Below, in pieces: positions 48,886 through 59,484 of a stretch of 59,484 bases of DNA (the first letter of the stretch is position 1; each line of letters starts with the position of its first letter). Origin of the DNA: an uncultured Collinsella sp. (GTDB lineage Bacteria; Actinomycetota; Coriobacteriia; Coriobacteriales; Coriobacteriaceae); the NCBI GenBank assembly GCA_902492185.1, contig CABUKY010000001.1, forward strand, positions 1 to 59,484. The letters run 5' to 3'. Position numbers and translations under genes: made by a program. The notes beneath the pieces were generated by a model. It was not told the DNA's origin and ran no database searches. It saw nothing but the letters and a program-made list of their open reading frames with translations.

Positions 48886-49635
48886 TCACCGACCCAACAT
48901 GAATTCCATCGCACGGAGGCGCTGATCGGTGTGCGTCGCCGCCCACACATGCGAAAGCCCGAGCAAGAACGCCGCCGTATGCGGGTCGATTCGCTCGGCC
49001 ATGAGCGCATCGAAGGTCATGGACATGAGGGCGCGCAGCCACGCGACCTCACCGGTCGACACCAGTTCGGCACCCGGAACGCTCGACGCGCACGACCCGC
49101 ACATGAGACCGCCCGCCTGTGGTGAAAAATACGACAGCATGGGGTCTCCGCACAGCACGCAGGCCGAAAAATCGGGTCGATAGCCAACGTGCGACAACAG
49201 CTTAAAGACATATGCCGCCACGAGCAGGTCCATATGCGCCGCGTCGAGCCCGCTGCCGACAAGTGTGAGCGCCCGCTGCGTGATGGCAAAGGTAAACGGG
49301 TCCTCGGCGTCCTCAAACGAGCACACGCGCGCGACCTCGGCAATCGCGCTTGCGGCGCAAGTCGTCTCGTAATCGGGCGCAGCGCCGAGCGGCGCTTCCA
49401 TAAGCTCGGCCTGGGAAACCACGTCGAGTGACCGTCCGTGCGCGAGCAGCATATCGACGGTACAGAACAGCTCGCAGCGCGCAGCCAGGCGTCCACCGGG
49501 TTTGCGGGCGCCCTTTGCCACGGCACGAACCTGCCGACCCCGCTCGTCAAGCATCGTCAGGATCAGGTCCGTCTCTTTGAGCTTCGTCTTATCGAGGACG
49601 AGCACCTTCGTACGATATGTCCGGGAGCCTGCCAT
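48886..49635 (-). CDS. recO: DNA repair protein RecO
   Basis: ETDLIL, AVAKGARKP, CxxC...CxxC. Confidence 0.92.
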   Translation of the reverse strand: MAGSRTYRTKVLVLDKTKLKETDLILTMLDERGRQVRAVAKGARKPGGRLAARCELFCTVDMLLAHGRSLDVVSQAELMEAPLGAAPDYETTCAASAIAEVARVCSFEDAEDPFTFAITQRALTLVGSGLDAAHMDLLVAAYVFKLLSHVGYRPDFSACVLCGDPMLSYFSPQAGGLMCGSCASSVPGAELVSTGEVAWLRALMSMTFDALMAERIDPHTAAFLLGLSHVWAATHTDQRLRAMEFMLGR

Positions 49636-49650
49636 GCGCGCCGCGCGTCC

Positions 49651-50718
49651 TTAGTCCTCGGCGTTATAGCCAAAGCGGCGAATCTGGGCCTCGTCGTCAC
49701 GCCAGCCGGCCTTGACCTTCACGTCCAGCTCCAAAAAGACCTGCGTGCCAAAAATGCGCTCAAGATCGCGACGGGCGTCGATACCGATATGCTTGATCAT
49801 CTCGCCGCCCTTGCCGATGATGATGCCCTTCTGGCCCTCACGCTCAACGTAAATGGTGGCGTGCACGCGCAGTACCTTCTTGGTCTGCTCGAGCGCATCG
49901 CAGATCACGCCAACGGAGTGCGGAATCTCATCACGGGTGCGGCGCAAGACCTTCTCGCGCACAAACTCGGCAACGAGCGTCTCATCGGAAGCGTCGGTAC
50001 CCATGTCCTCGGGGAACCAACGCGGACCCTCGGGCAAAAAGTGCGCAACGGTCTCGATAAAGGCATCGACATTGAAGTTCTTAACCGACGACGTCACGAT
50101 CTCGTCGTCATATTCCATGAGCTCGTGGGCAGCCTTAAGCTGCTCCATGACCTGTGCGGGGTCGGCCTCATCGGCCTTAGTGAGCACCAGGACCTTCTTG
50201 GAACGGGCGCATCTGACGCGCTCGGCAACCCAGGCGTCTCCCCTGCCGATCGGTTTGGTGGCATCAATCAAAAACGCGACGACATCGACATCGTTCAGCT
50301 CGAACAACGCGCTCTTGTTGAGCTCGGATCCCAGACCGTCCTTGGGCTTGTGGATACCCGGGGTATCGACAAAGACCAGCTGGTAGCCGGGACGGTTGAC
50401 GACGGCGCGCATGCGGCGGCGGGTCGTCTGGGCCACCGGCGAGGTGATGGCGACCTTTTTGCCATAGCAGGCATTAAGCAGCGTGGACTTGCCGGCGTTG
50501 GGACGACCGACCAGCGCCACAAAACCGCTGCGGAAACCGGGCTCCACGTCACCAAAGCCCGCGAGGCTATCGCCCTCGTCGCACAGGGCGTCGAGCTCCT
50601 CGTCGCTCATGCCCTCAAACGGGTCGAACTCCTCGACATCCTCGAGCCCCTCGGTATCCACCGCGTCCAAAGTCTCGTCGTCCAGGATCTCATCGGTAGG
50701 CTGCATATTGTCGGACAT
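49651..50718 (-). CDS. era: GTPase Era with acidic N-terminal extension
   Basis: GRPNAGKST, QTTR, DTPG, KH domain IIIGKGG. Confidence 0.93.
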   Translation of the reverse strand: MSDNMQPTDEILDDETLDAVDTEGLEDVEEFDPFEGMSDEELDALCDEGDSLAGFGDVEPGFRSGFVALVGRPNAGKSTLLNACYGKKVAITSPVAQTTRRRMRAVVNRPGYQLVFVDTPGIHKPKDGLGSELNKSALFELNDVDVVAFLIDATKPIGRGDAWVAERVRCARSKKVLVLTKADEADPAQVMEQLKAAHELMEYDDEIVTSSVKNFNVDAFIETVAHFLPEGPRWFPEDMGTDASDETLVAEFVREKVLRRTRDEIPHSVGVICDALEQTKKVLRVHATIYVEREGQKGIIIGKGGEMIKHIGIDARRDLERIFGTQVFLELDVKVKAGWRDDEAQIRRFGYNAED

Positions 50719-50730
50719 GGGAATCCCTTT

Positions 50731-51108
50731 CTAAATAAAGCCAAGCGCGTGGGCAAATACCAGCACGCCCACAATCGCGGCGGTGATGGAAAGAATGTAT
50801 ACAGAGGCGGCGGCGATGTCCTTCGCACGCTTGGCCAGCGGATGGAGCTCCTGGGTCGCCAGGTCGACGATAGCCTCCATAGCGGTGTTGCACAGCTCGC
50901 CGTGAATCACCAGGCCACAACAGATGATAATCGTGGCCCACTCGGCAATGTCGAGACCCACGATACAGCCGGCAATGACGGTGCACACGCCCGCCACGAG
51001 CATGACCTTAATGTTGCGCTCGGTCTTGACGGCGGTGACGAAGCCCTCCATGGCGTAGGAAAACGACTTTAAGAAGGACGGATGGTCCTTGTTCGATCCG
51101 GGAATCAT
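50731..51108 (-). CDS. dgkA: Diacylglycerol/undecaprenol kinase family
   Basis: ERN, E..NTAME..VD, AKDIAA. Confidence 0.88.
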   Translation of the reverse strand: MIPGSNKDHPSFLKSFSYAMEGFVTAVKTERNIKVMLVAGVCTVIAGCIVGLDIAEWATIIICCGLVIHGELCNTAMEAIVDLATQELHPLAKRAKDIAAASVYILSITAAIVGVLVFAHALGFI

Positions 51109-51117
51109 AGACGGCTC

Positions 51118-51627
51118 CTAGTCGTGGGCGTGGTTGGTGATGGGGCCGACGTGGACTAGCTTGGGGTCCTCGCCGCGCTCGAACGCCAGATCGCGCAGGA
51201 TGGCGTCCTCGCGGGCCTCCATGACCTCGGCCTCGTCGTCCTCGATATGGTCATAGCCCAGCAAGTGCAGCATGCCGTGTACGAGCATCAGACGACACTC
51301 GTCAGCGGGGCTATTGCCAAAACCGGGGGCCTGACGGGCAATAACCTGCGGGGCCAAGATGATATCGCCGAGCTCGAGCGTCTCGTCGGCGGGAATATCC
51401 TCGTCAAAGGCCGAGTCGCATTCAAACGAGAGCACATCGGTGGTGCGGTCGATACCGCGCCACTCGTGGTTGAGCTCATGCATCTCGTCCTCGTCGACAT
51501 ACGAAAGGGAAATCTCGACTTCACGCTCAACGCCCTCGGCGGCAAGCACAACCTCGCAGATGTGCTCCACCTCCTGCGCGTCGAGCAGCGTATCGAGCTC
51601 GGCATCGTTGCTGATCAATACACTCAA
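51118..51627 (-). CDS. ybeY: rRNA maturation RNase YbeY
   Basis: TDVLSF, HGMLHLLGYDH. Confidence 0.93.
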   Translation of the reverse strand: MSVLISNDAELDTLLDAQEVEHICEVVLAAEGVEREVEISLSYVDEDEMHELNHEWRGIDRTTDVLSFECDSAFDEDIPADETLELGDIILAPQVIARQAPGFGNSPADECRLMLVHGMLHLLGYDHIEDDEAEVMEAREDAILRDLAFERGEDPKLVHVGPITNHAHD

Positions 51628-52610
51628 CGGGACTCCTTTCGGTCACGTACGCGCTTCTCGCGCACATCATCATAAGTATCGTATGCCTCGACGATACGAC
51701 CCACCAGGGCATGGCGCACCACGTCGGCACGCTCGAGGTGCGAAAATGCGACATCATCGACACGGCCCAAAATCTTCTCGACATCCGCCAAGCCACCACG
51801 ACGACCCACCAGGTCACGCTGGCTCAGGTCGCCGGTAATCACGAACTTGGAGTTGAATCCCAGGCGCGTCAGGAACATCTTCATCTGCTCGGGCGTGGTA
51901 TTTTGCGCCTCGTCGAGCACCACGAAGGCATCACTCAGCGTGCGGCCGCGCATGTAGGCAAGCGGGGCAATCTCGATCACACCACGCTCCATGAGCTCGT
52001 CGGTACGCTCACGATCCATCATGTCAAACAGGGCATCGTAGAGCGGACGCATGTAAGGGTCGATTTTTTCCTCGAGGGTGCCGGGCAAAAAGCCCAAATT
52101 CTCCCCCGCCTCGACAACGGGCCGCGTAAGGACCAGGCGACCCACCTCGTGGCGCTTGAGCGCGGCGACGGCGAGCGCCATGGCTAGATAGGTCTTACCG
52201 GTACCGGCGGGGCCCAGGCCAAACGTGATGGTATGCGAGCGGATGGCATCAACATAGCGCTTTTGGCCGAGCGTCTTGGGACGAATGACGCGGCCGCGAT
52301 ACGACAGCAGCACGTCATCGCGCAGCGACGAGACGTCGTGCTCGCCATCGCGCAGGACAGCCAAGCAACGCGAGACGTCGTCGGCAGACAGCGTGCGACC
52401 GGCAGCCGCCTCGCGAAAAGCGTGTTCGAAAAAACGCGCCACGAGTTCGACCTCGTCCGGGTCGCCGCTCACGGAGATGCTATCGCCACGGGCGACCACA
52501 TGGGCGCGAACCAAGCTCTCAAGCGCACGAAGGACGCCGTCGCCGGCGCCCAAAACGCGCGAGGGATCAATTCCCTCGGGAACGGTAAGTCTAATCTTCG
52601 AGGCTTCCAT
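51624..52610 (-). CDS. phoH: PhoH family ATPase
   Basis: GPAGTGKT, LGFLPG, YMRGRT, LDEAQN. Confidence 0.92.
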   Translation of the reverse strand: MEASKIRLTVPEGIDPSRVLGAGDGVLRALESLVRAHVVARGDSISVSGDPDEVELVARFFEHAFREAAAGRTLSADDVSRCLAVLRDGEHDVSSLRDDVLLSYRGRVIRPKTLGQKRYVDAIRSHTITFGLGPAGTGKTYLAMALAVAALKRHEVGRLVLTRPVVEAGENLGFLPGTLEEKIDPYMRPLYDALFDMMDRERTDELMERGVIEIAPLAYMRGRTLSDAFVVLDEAQNTTPEQMKMFLTRLGFNSKFVITGDLSQRDLVGRRGGLADVEKILGRVDDVAFSHLERADVVRHALVGRIVEAYDTYDDVREKRVRDRKESR

Positions 52611-53883
52611 GAACCTCCCTGCGTGCATGGACCAAGCCGGAATCATCGACTCCGATGATAGCAACATCGAGCAGGCACGGGGCTGTAAGTCCACAGGTAT
52701 CGTCAAGACGGGCATGATGGAACGAGCCGAGCGTCAGGTTGTCACCATACTCGAGCACGGCACGCTCGACCGTGCCCACGCGACGACGAGCGTCGGCAAT
52801 GGCAAGCTCCTGCGCCGCGGCTCGCATACGACGACTGCGCTCGGCCATAACCTCAGGCGGCACCTGGTCGGGCATGTCGGCAGCAAGGGTACCGGGACGC
52901 CTGCTGTAGCGAAACACGTGCATACGCGAAAAGCCCACGCGGCGGCACAGCGCCAGCGACTCCTCAAACTCCTCGTCCGTCTCGCCGGGAAAACCGACGA
53001 TGACATCGCACGAAAGGGACGCCTGGGGCAAGATGGCACGAATCATACGCACCGTGTCCACAAAGGCCTCGGCGCTATAGGGACGGCCCATGCGATGCAG
53101 GGTCGCCGTGCAGCCGGACTGCACGGGCAGGTGCAAAAACGGGGCGATACGCTGCGGATAGCGCGCCATAACCTTAAGCAGGCGCTCGGAGATATCCATG
53201 GGCTCGACCGAGGAAATGCGCACATGCGGAATAGACGTGCGCTCCATGATGGCCTCGAGCAGCTCATCGATTTCGACGTGCTCGTCGGTCGCGCTCTTGC
53301 CATCGTAGGCACCCAGGTTCACACCGGTCAGCACCACCTCGGGCACGCCGGCCTCCTGGGCCTCGCGAACTTGCTCGAGCACGGACTCGACGGGCACGGA
53401 GCGCTCGGGGCCGCGTGCCTTCCACACAATGCAATAGGTGCAGCGATGGTTGCAGCCGTCCTGAATCTTCACGCCCAGGCGAGAGCGACCGAGCGCATCG
53501 ACCACCTCGCCATCGCTGCAGGCGGGAACGCTATCGGATTCGACACCCAGCACCTCGCAGACGCGCTCGGCGACGTCAATCTTGGACGGCTCGGCGATCA
53601 CGCGATCGGAGAGCTCCAGCAACTCCTCGGGATGCAGGTTGACGACGCAGCCGGTTACGACCACATAGGGCTCGTTTGGATAGGCCAGCGCATGACGGAC
53701 GGCCTTACGGGTCTTGGCCTCGGCCTCGCCCGTAACGGCACAGGTGTTAATGACGATCAGATCGGCATCCTGGGGCTCCACAATAGCAAAGCCCAGGCGC
53801 ATAAGGTCGGCAGTGATACGGTCAGACTCAACCCGGTTGACACGGCAGCCGAGGTTGACGACGGAAATATGGGGTGCGAGCAC
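52591..53883 (-). CDS. mtaB: tRNA methylthiotransferase, MtaB-like (radical SAM)
   Basis: LGCRVN, INTCAVT, IQDGCNHRCTYC, GFPGET; typical position after dnaJ. Confidence 0.8.
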   Translation of the reverse strand: MLAPHISVVNLGCRVNRVESDRITADLMRLGFAIVEPQDADLIVINTCAVTGEAEAKTRKAVRHALAYPNEPYVVVTGCVVNLHPEELLELSDRVIAEPSKIDVAERVCEVLGVESDSVPACSDGEVVDALGRSRLGVKIQDGCNHRCTYCIVWKARGPERSVPVESVLEQVREAQEAGVPEVVLTGVNLGAYDGKSATDEHVEIDELLEAIMERTSIPHVRISSVEPMDISERLLKVMARYPQRIAPFLHLPVQSGCTATLHRMGRPYSAEAFVDTVRMIRAILPQASLSCDVIVGFPGETDEEFEESLALCRRVGFSRMHVFRYSRRPGTLAADMPDQVPPEVMAERSRRMRAAAQELAIADARRRVGTVERAVLEYGDNLTLGSFHHARLDDTCGLTAPCLLDVAIIGVDDSGLVHARREVHGSLED

Positions 53884-53892
53884 GCGGGCTCC

Positions 53893-55041
53893 TTAATCGA
53901 GGATATCGTCGAGGGCACTCTTGATACGGTCGGTCACCGACTTCTTACCAGAAGCGACGTCATCGCCCATCTCATCGGCAAAAGCACGGAGCAGCTCGCG
54001 CTGCTTATTGGAAAGATTGGTGGGAACGACCACGCGCAGTTGCACGATCAGGCGGCCACGCGAACCGCCACCGCCAATGCGCGGCATGCCGTAATTATTG
54101 ACGCTCACGGTGTCGCCGTACTGGGCGCCGGCGGGAACCGTCACCTTAACGACCTCGTCGGGCATAATGCCCTCGACCTCAATCTCGCAGCCGAGCGCAG
54201 CCTGCGCAATCGAGATATCGCTCACCAGGTACAGGTCATCACCGTTGCGCTTAAAGCGCTCATGGTCGGCGACGCGCACGTTGACAATCAGGTCGCCCGA
54301 AGGCTCGCCGCGAAGGCCGGCCTCGCCAAAGCCGCTCACACGAAGCTGGCGACCGGTCGAAACGCCGGCGGGAATATCGATGTCGATCTTTTCGTGCGAA
54401 GGCGTGCGGCCTTGACCGTCGCAGGTCTCGCAGGGATGATCGATAACCGTGCCCTCGCCATGGCAGTCGGGGCAAGGCGAGGAAGACTGAACCTGGCCCA
54501 AAAACGATCGCTGAACCGTCGTGACGTAGCCCGTACCGTGGCAGCGGCCGCACTGCTTTTCCTGTGCGCCCTCTGCCCTACCGGTGCCATTGCAGTCCTC
54601 GCAAGGAGCAAGGCGGTCATAGCTGATTGTCTTTTTGCAGCCGAGCGCCGCCTCCTCGAGCGTCACCGAAAGCGAGATGGCCATATCACGTCCGCGACGA
54701 CGCTCACGACGGCTGCGGGCGCCACCGCCGGCACCGCCGCCAAAGAACGACGAGAACAAGTCGTCCATGCCCATGCCACCAAAGATATCGTTGATATCGA
54801 CGTAGCCGGAGCCACCGGGGCCGTCGGCAGTGCCGTAACGGTCGTAGTTAGCACGCTTCTGCTCATCGGAAAGAACGGAATATGCCTCGTTGAGCTCTTT
54901 GAACTTAGCCTCGGCCTCGGGGTCGTCCGAAACGTCCGGGTGTACGGTACGGGCCTTCTTTAGAAACGCGCGCTTAATCGTCCGCGCGTCGGCATCCTTG
55001 TCGACGCCAAGCACCTCGTAGTAATCCCTATTTTCCGACAC
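53893..55041 (-). CDS. dnaJ: Molecular chaperone DnaJ
   Basis: HPD J-domain, G/F region, four CxxCxGxG repeats, complete C-terminal domain. Confidence 0.93.
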   Translation of the reverse strand: MSENRDYYEVLGVDKDADARTIKRAFLKKARTVHPDVSDDPEAEAKFKELNEAYSVLSDEQKRANYDRYGTADGPGGSGYVDINDIFGGMGMDDLFSSFFGGGAGGGARSRRERRRGRDMAISLSVTLEEAALGCKKTISYDRLAPCEDCNGTGRAEGAQEKQCGRCHGTGYVTTVQRSFLGQVQSSSPCPDCHGEGTVIDHPCETCDGQGRTPSHEKIDIDIPAGVSTGRQLRVSGFGEAGLRGEPSGDLIVNVRVADHERFKRNGDDLYLVSDISIAQAALGCEIEVEGIMPDEVVKVTVPAGAQYGDTVSVNNYGMPRIGGGGSRGRLIVQLRVVVPTNLSNKQRELLRAFADEMGDDVASGKKSVTDRIKSALDDILD

Positions 55042-55122
55042 GACCGAATCCTTCCGACTTTCATTATTGTCACAGTGCGTCCTATACCCAAGCTGGGCCG
55101 GCCGCAAACAGAGGGTTTGATG

Positions 55123-56226
55123 TTATTGCATTGCGTAGGGCGAAAGCATGGCACGTTGCGAGCAGCTCGCAAACCAAACCGACACGAGCGCAAACATAAA
55201 TCCGTTGGCAAAACCGTTGGCAAACTGCATCGCGCCGCGCTTCCACCACAGCAGGCTGCGGTGCAGCACGCCGTCCGAGAGCACCATGAACAGGCCCATG
55301 GCAAACGGAATAAAGCACATCACGGCAAAGGCCGAGAACACGCCCGAGATGGCCGATAGCACCAAAAACGGCGCCACGATGCCCATCAGGTAAAAACCGG
55401 TACGGGCCTTGCCTTCCAGGCGCTCGGCCTCAACATGGGCCCGACCGACCAGATCACCGCCAGAGGCGCCGTTGGTGCCGGCGTGACCCATGCCGCCAAT
55501 ACGGACCTCGTCGCCATCGTGCGTGCCGGCGGGAAACTCAATCGTCTGCTCGGAGGTCACACGGGTTCGCCCGCTGCCGCCGCAATCGGGACAGGGGTCG
55601 GCGACGACCTTACCGGAGCCACCGCACTCAGGGCAGACAGACTGGAACGTGCCGGCACCAAACAGAAAGGACAGGTCGACATCGATGTGGCCGCGACCGC
55701 CGCAGCTCGGACAGGTATGTGCATGCTCGGACGAAACAGAGCCCGAACCGCCACAGTGACCACAGGTATCGAAGCGCGTATAGCGGACGGTCTTGCGGGC
55801 ACCGCCCTTGGCTTCCTTGGCGTCGAGCTTAATATCGACGACCACGTTGGCGCCGTTCTCGGGATTATAGGCAGCCTGCCCGCGACGCGGCTGACCCCAG
55901 GCGCCACCAAAGGGAAAGCCGCCCTCAAAGGGATTGCCGTAGCCCGCGCTGCCGGCGTAACCGCCGCCATAGGGCGAAGCCGTGGGAGCGCCGGCAAAGG
56001 GATTGCCCGAGCGCATGGCGTCGTAGCGCGCACGCTTCTGCTCGTCCGAAAGCACAGCATAGGCCTCGGAAACCTCTTTGAACTTTTCCTCGGCATCCGG
56101 TTCTTTGTTGACGTCCGGATGGAGCTTGCGGGCCTTTTGCTGGAAGGCTTTCTGTATATCACGCGAGGTGGCGTCCTTGGAGACACCCAAAATCTCGTAG
56201 TAATCTTTTTCGTTCATCGTCGCCAT
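55123..56226 (-). CDS. DnaJ paralog with J-domain, Zn finger and C-terminal hydrophobic helices
   Basis: HPD, four CxxCGG repeats, then predicted TM segments instead of CTD-II. Confidence 0.8.
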   Translation of the reverse strand: MATMNEKDYYEILGVSKDATSRDIQKAFQQKARKLHPDVNKEPDAEEKFKEVSEAYAVLSDEQKRARYDAMRSGNPFAGAPTASPYGGGYAGSAGYGNPFEGGFPFGGAWGQPRRGQAAYNPENGANVVVDIKLDAKEAKGGARKTVRYTRFDTCGHCGGSGSVSSEHAHTCPSCGGRGHIDVDLSFLFGAGTFQSVCPECGGSGKVVADPCPDCGGSGRTRVTSEQTIEFPAGTHDGDEVRIGGMGHAGTNGASGGDLVGRAHVEAERLEGKARTGFYLMGIVAPFLVLSAISGVFSAFAVMCFIPFAMGLFMVLSDGVLHRSLLWWKRGAMQFANGFANGFMFALVSVWFASCSQRAMLSPYAMQ

Positions 56227-56284
56227 GCGCGGCAACCTCCTGCTCACAGCAGCGTATATATTGCGGTAATTCTACCCGAGCGGC

Positions 56285-57517
56285 CTAGGCTAGACCCCAA
56301 AACAGCTCGAACAGCACATTTCCATCGAGCCAGCCCAAGTGAGTGGGCGCTAAACGAGCACGGACGCGACCTGCGATAACGTCTTTCGAGGTGACGCGCC
56401 CCGCATGTCCTTCAATATGATCGGGCACCCAGGTGGCAAGGCCCAACTCGACCGCACGGTCGCAGGCCGCCGCCAACTCATCTGCAGCGATCACGCTTGC
56501 CGAGCGAACCAACAGATCGGGCCCAATGCCACGCGTCATGCGACAGGCAAGCATCAAATCCTCGGCCGCCGCCTCGCGCTGCGACAGATACTCGGCATCA
56601 AACGTCGTCGCGGCATCGTCGCGTTGCACCAAGCGCACGCGATACGCATCGCCGCGAGCAAGCACGTCGGGAAACAGCCCGGCCAAGCGATCGAAATCCT
56701 CGGCGTCGAGCATACCGGCGGCAGAGCGGCCCAAACCCAGATAGCCCTGTCCGGTCCAATAGGCAATGTTGTGGGCGCACTCATGGCCGTCGAGCGCGTA
56801 GCTTGCCACCTCATACGGGTGATAGCCGGCCGCACTCAGGCGCTCACGCGCCGCATCCATGCATGCAGCCTGAAAATCCTCGTCGGGCTCGAGCGACTCG
56901 TCGCGACACGCCATGCGATAGAGCGGCGTGCCCTCCTCGAGCGTGAGCGGGTACACCGACACATGATGCGGCGCCGCCGCCAACACGCCATCGAGTGTGC
57001 GCTGCCAGCTTAGGTCGGTCTGCCCGGGAAGGCCGCACATCAGGTCGCACGACACGACAAGCCCAGCGTCCTTGACCGTCGTGATGGCAGCGAGCGCCCG
57101 ATCGGCATCGTGAATGCGGCCGATGGCGGTAAGTTCGGCGTTATCGAGCGTTTGCACGCCCAGAGAGACGCGCGTGACACCCACCCCGGCAAGCGCAGTG
57201 GCAAGCTCTGCGGTCAGCGATTCGGGATTGGCCTCGCAGGTAAACTCAACAGGCTTGCACCACGCAGAGATACGCCGGGCAAATTCTACCAAACGCTCCC
57301 CCGCCAGCGACGGCGTGCCGCCGCCAACATAGACGGTGCGGATCTGTGCAAGCGCGCCTGCGTCGCCAAAAGCATCGAGGCGCGCATACAACTGCTCAAA
57401 ATAGGTATCGAGCGCAACGCTCATGTTGCACGGAGCAAAACTGCGTGAGTCAAAGTCACAGTACCGGCATTTTTGGGCGCAAAACGGCACATGCACGTAC
57501 AGCGCGGTAACGGCCAC
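56285..57517 (-). CDS. hemW: Radical SAM heme chaperone HemW
   Basis: YVHVPFCAQKCRYCDF, GGGTPS, HNIAYW. Confidence 0.9.
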   Translation of the reverse strand: MAVTALYVHVPFCAQKCRYCDFDSRSFAPCNMSVALDTYFEQLYARLDAFGDAGALAQIRTVYVGGGTPSLAGERLVEFARRISAWCKPVEFTCEANPESLTAELATALAGVGVTRVSLGVQTLDNAELTAIGRIHDADRALAAITTVKDAGLVVSCDLMCGLPGQTDLSWQRTLDGVLAAAPHHVSVYPLTLEEGTPLYRMACRDESLEPDEDFQAACMDAARERLSAAGYHPYEVASYALDGHECAHNIAYWTGQGYLGLGRSAAGMLDAEDFDRLAGLFPDVLARGDAYRVRLVQRDDAATTFDAEYLSQREAAAEDLMLACRMTRGIGPDLLVRSASVIAADELAAACDRAVELGLATWVPDHIEGHAGRVTSKDVIAGRVRARLAPTHLGWLDGNVLFELFWGLA

Positions 57518-57519
57518 CG

Positions 57520-58544
57520 TTAGGCCTCCAACGGATGAGCGGGCACCGACTCGCCGGCGGCAAGTGCGGCCTCACAGGCCACCACATCGTGCTCGATATC
57601 ATCGACCAGTGCCATGAACTCCTCGTATGTGGAGCAACGCACCACCTGAGCGCGCCAGGCGGCAGCATGGGGCATGCCCTTTAGATACCAGCTTGCGTAC
57701 GTGCGGGCACGCGACATGAGCGGCAACAGCTCGTGCGTGAGCGTCAGGTGCTCGCGCAGGGCATCCAGGCGCTCAACCGAGGAGCGAGAAGGAACCGGCG
57801 TGCCATCGAGTGCAAGGGCTCGGGCATCGCCGAACACCCATGGATTGCCGTAGATGCCGCGCGCGATAAACACCGCGCTGGCACCCGAGCTTTGCAGATG
57901 CTCAGCAGCGTCCTCTGCCGAGAACACATCGCCCGAACCGATAACGGGAATCTCGACGGCGCCGGCCACCTCATCGACGACCGACCAATCGGCCTGGCCC
58001 AGCGACCATGTACCGCCACCGCGGCGGCCCCTGCTCCCTCAAGCATCTGGGCAAACGTCGCGGCGTTGCGGTCTTCGGCGTAAAAGCCCTTACGGATTTT
58101 TACGGTCACGGGCACATGCGCCGCACCCACCGCCGCCTCGACGATCTGCTCGGCCAGATCGGGAGTGCGCATAAGCGCCGAGCCCTCGCCCTTGGTGACG
58201 ACCTTGCGAGCCGGGCAGGCCATGTTGATATCGATCAGCGACAGGCGATCGCCCACACGCTCCTCGACGGCAGCAACAGCGCTCGCAAACTGATCGGGCT
58301 TGGAGCCAAAGAGCTGCACGCAGATCTGCTGCTCCTCATCGGCCGGCAGTACCAGGCGCCACGTCTTATTGCTGGCATAGGCAAGGCCCGCCACGCTCAC
58401 CATCTCGCTATAGGCAAGATGGGCACCGCGACGGCGGCACATGATGCGATAGGCGGGATCGGTCACGCCCGCCATGGGAGCCATAAGGAACGGCTGCTCG
58501 GCATAGGCGCCAAGCAACAGCTTGCTGTATTCAGAAAGTGCCAT
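57520..58544 (-). pseudogene. tRNA-dihydrouridine synthase (DusB-like), frameshifted near 58000
   Basis: APMAGVT, QLFG, DINMACP, VTVKIR, VHGR in one frame; GQADWSVVDEVAGAVEIPVIGSGD...ARG continues in another. Confidence 0.8.
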
Positions 58545-58548
58545 GGAC

Positions 58549-59484
58549 CTACTCGTCCACCTTGAGAATCGCCATAAAGGCCTCCTGCGGAACCTCGACC
58601 GAGCCGATGGCCTTCATGCGCTTTTTGCCCTCTTTCTGCTTCTCGAGCAGCTTGCGCTTTCGCGAGATATCGCCGCCATAACACTTGGCCAGCACGTCCT
58701 TGCGGCGCGCTTTGACGGTAGAGCGGGCAATGATCTTGTTGCCGATGGCGCCCTGGATAGGCACCTCGAACAGCTGGCGCGGAATGATTTCCTTGAGCTT
58801 GTCGCACAGACCGCGGGCCAGGCCATAGGCCTTGTCCTTGTGCACGATAAACGACAGCGCATCCACCTCGTCGCCAGAAAGCAAGATATCGAGCTTAACG
58901 AGCTCGGAAGGACGATACTCGTTGAACTCGTAGTCGAGCGAGGCATAGCCCTTAGTGCGGCTCTTGAGCTGGTCAAAGAAGTCCAAGATGAGCTCGGCAA
59001 GCGGCATATCGAAGCGCATCTCGACCGATTTGCTCGTCAGGTGGATCATGTCGGTCGTAACGCCGCGGTGCTCGATGGCGAGCTGCATGACGGCGCCCGT
59101 GTACTCAGGTGGGCAGATGATCTTTGCCTTGAGGTAGGGTTCCTCGATACGCTCGATGCGCGTGGCCTCGGGAAGGTCCTGCGGGCTGCGGACATCGATC
59201 ATTTCGCCGTCGGTCTTGTAGACGTGATAGTCGACCGAGGGACTCGTGGCAATGAGGTCCAGGTTGAACTCGCGCTCCAGGCGTTCCTTGACGACTTCCA
59301 TGTGCAGCAGACCCAGGAAGCCCACGCGGAAGCCAAAGCCGAGCGCCACGGACGTCTCGGGCTCCCACACCAACGAGGGGTCGTTAACGTGGAGCTTATC
59401 GAGTGCGTCACGCAGGTTCTCGTAGTCCTTGTTATCGATCGGGAACAGGCCCGTATAGACCATGGGCTTGGCCTCGCGGTAACC
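58549..59484 (-). CDS. lepA: Elongation factor 4 (3' portion; 5' end outside the window)
   Basis: [33 protein letters not shown]. Confidence 0.97.
   Translation of the reverse strand, partial: GYREAKPMVYTGLFPIDNKDYENLRDALDKLHVNDPSLVWEPETSVALGFGFRVGFLGLLHMEVVKERLEREFNLDLIATSPSVDYHVYKTDGEMIDVRSPQDLPEATRIERIEEPYLKAKIICPPEYTGAVMQLAIEHRGVTTDMIHLTSKSVEMRFDMPLAELILDFFDQLKSRTKGYASLDYEFNEYRPSELVKLDILLSGDEVDALSFIVHKDKAYGLARGLCDKLKEIIPRQLFEVPIQGAIGNKIIARSTVKARRKDVLAKCYGGDISRKRKLLEKQKEGKKRMKAIGSVEVPQEAFMAILKVDE

Overview
A GC-rich actinobacterial chromosomal segment; gene content and style suggest Coriobacteriia, probably Collinsella-like (inferred, not searched). The right third is housekeeping, all on the minus strand: lepA (partial), a frameshifted dus, hemW, two dnaJ paralogs, mtaB, phoH, ybeY, dgkA, era, recO, rpsO, pnp, a polar amino-acid ABC importer and a divergent EF-G2. 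The middle carries a fructose-family PTS / GatZ-like / transaldolase / transketolase sugar locus, glmS, several regulators, an orphan larE and two heterodimeric ABC exporters. The left end has a SipW peptidase with its substrate, a lower-GC AAA_14-DUF4143 ATPase, a sortase-anchored coiled-coil protein and a TadA-glycerate kinase fusion next to tRNA-Ser. No integrase, transposase or CRISPR array was seen. The most unusual signal is non-coding: (1) about a dozen dispersed hairpins sharing a GGGAC[A/G] loop; (2) two families of long covarying hairpin elements; (3) 22-23 bp periodic motif arrays, one a perfect 66-bp palindrome in front of a gene remnant bracketed by direct GGGAC repeats; (4) a ~200-nt multi-stem RNA-like leader of EF-G2; (5) an H-type pseudoknot inside the sugar operon.
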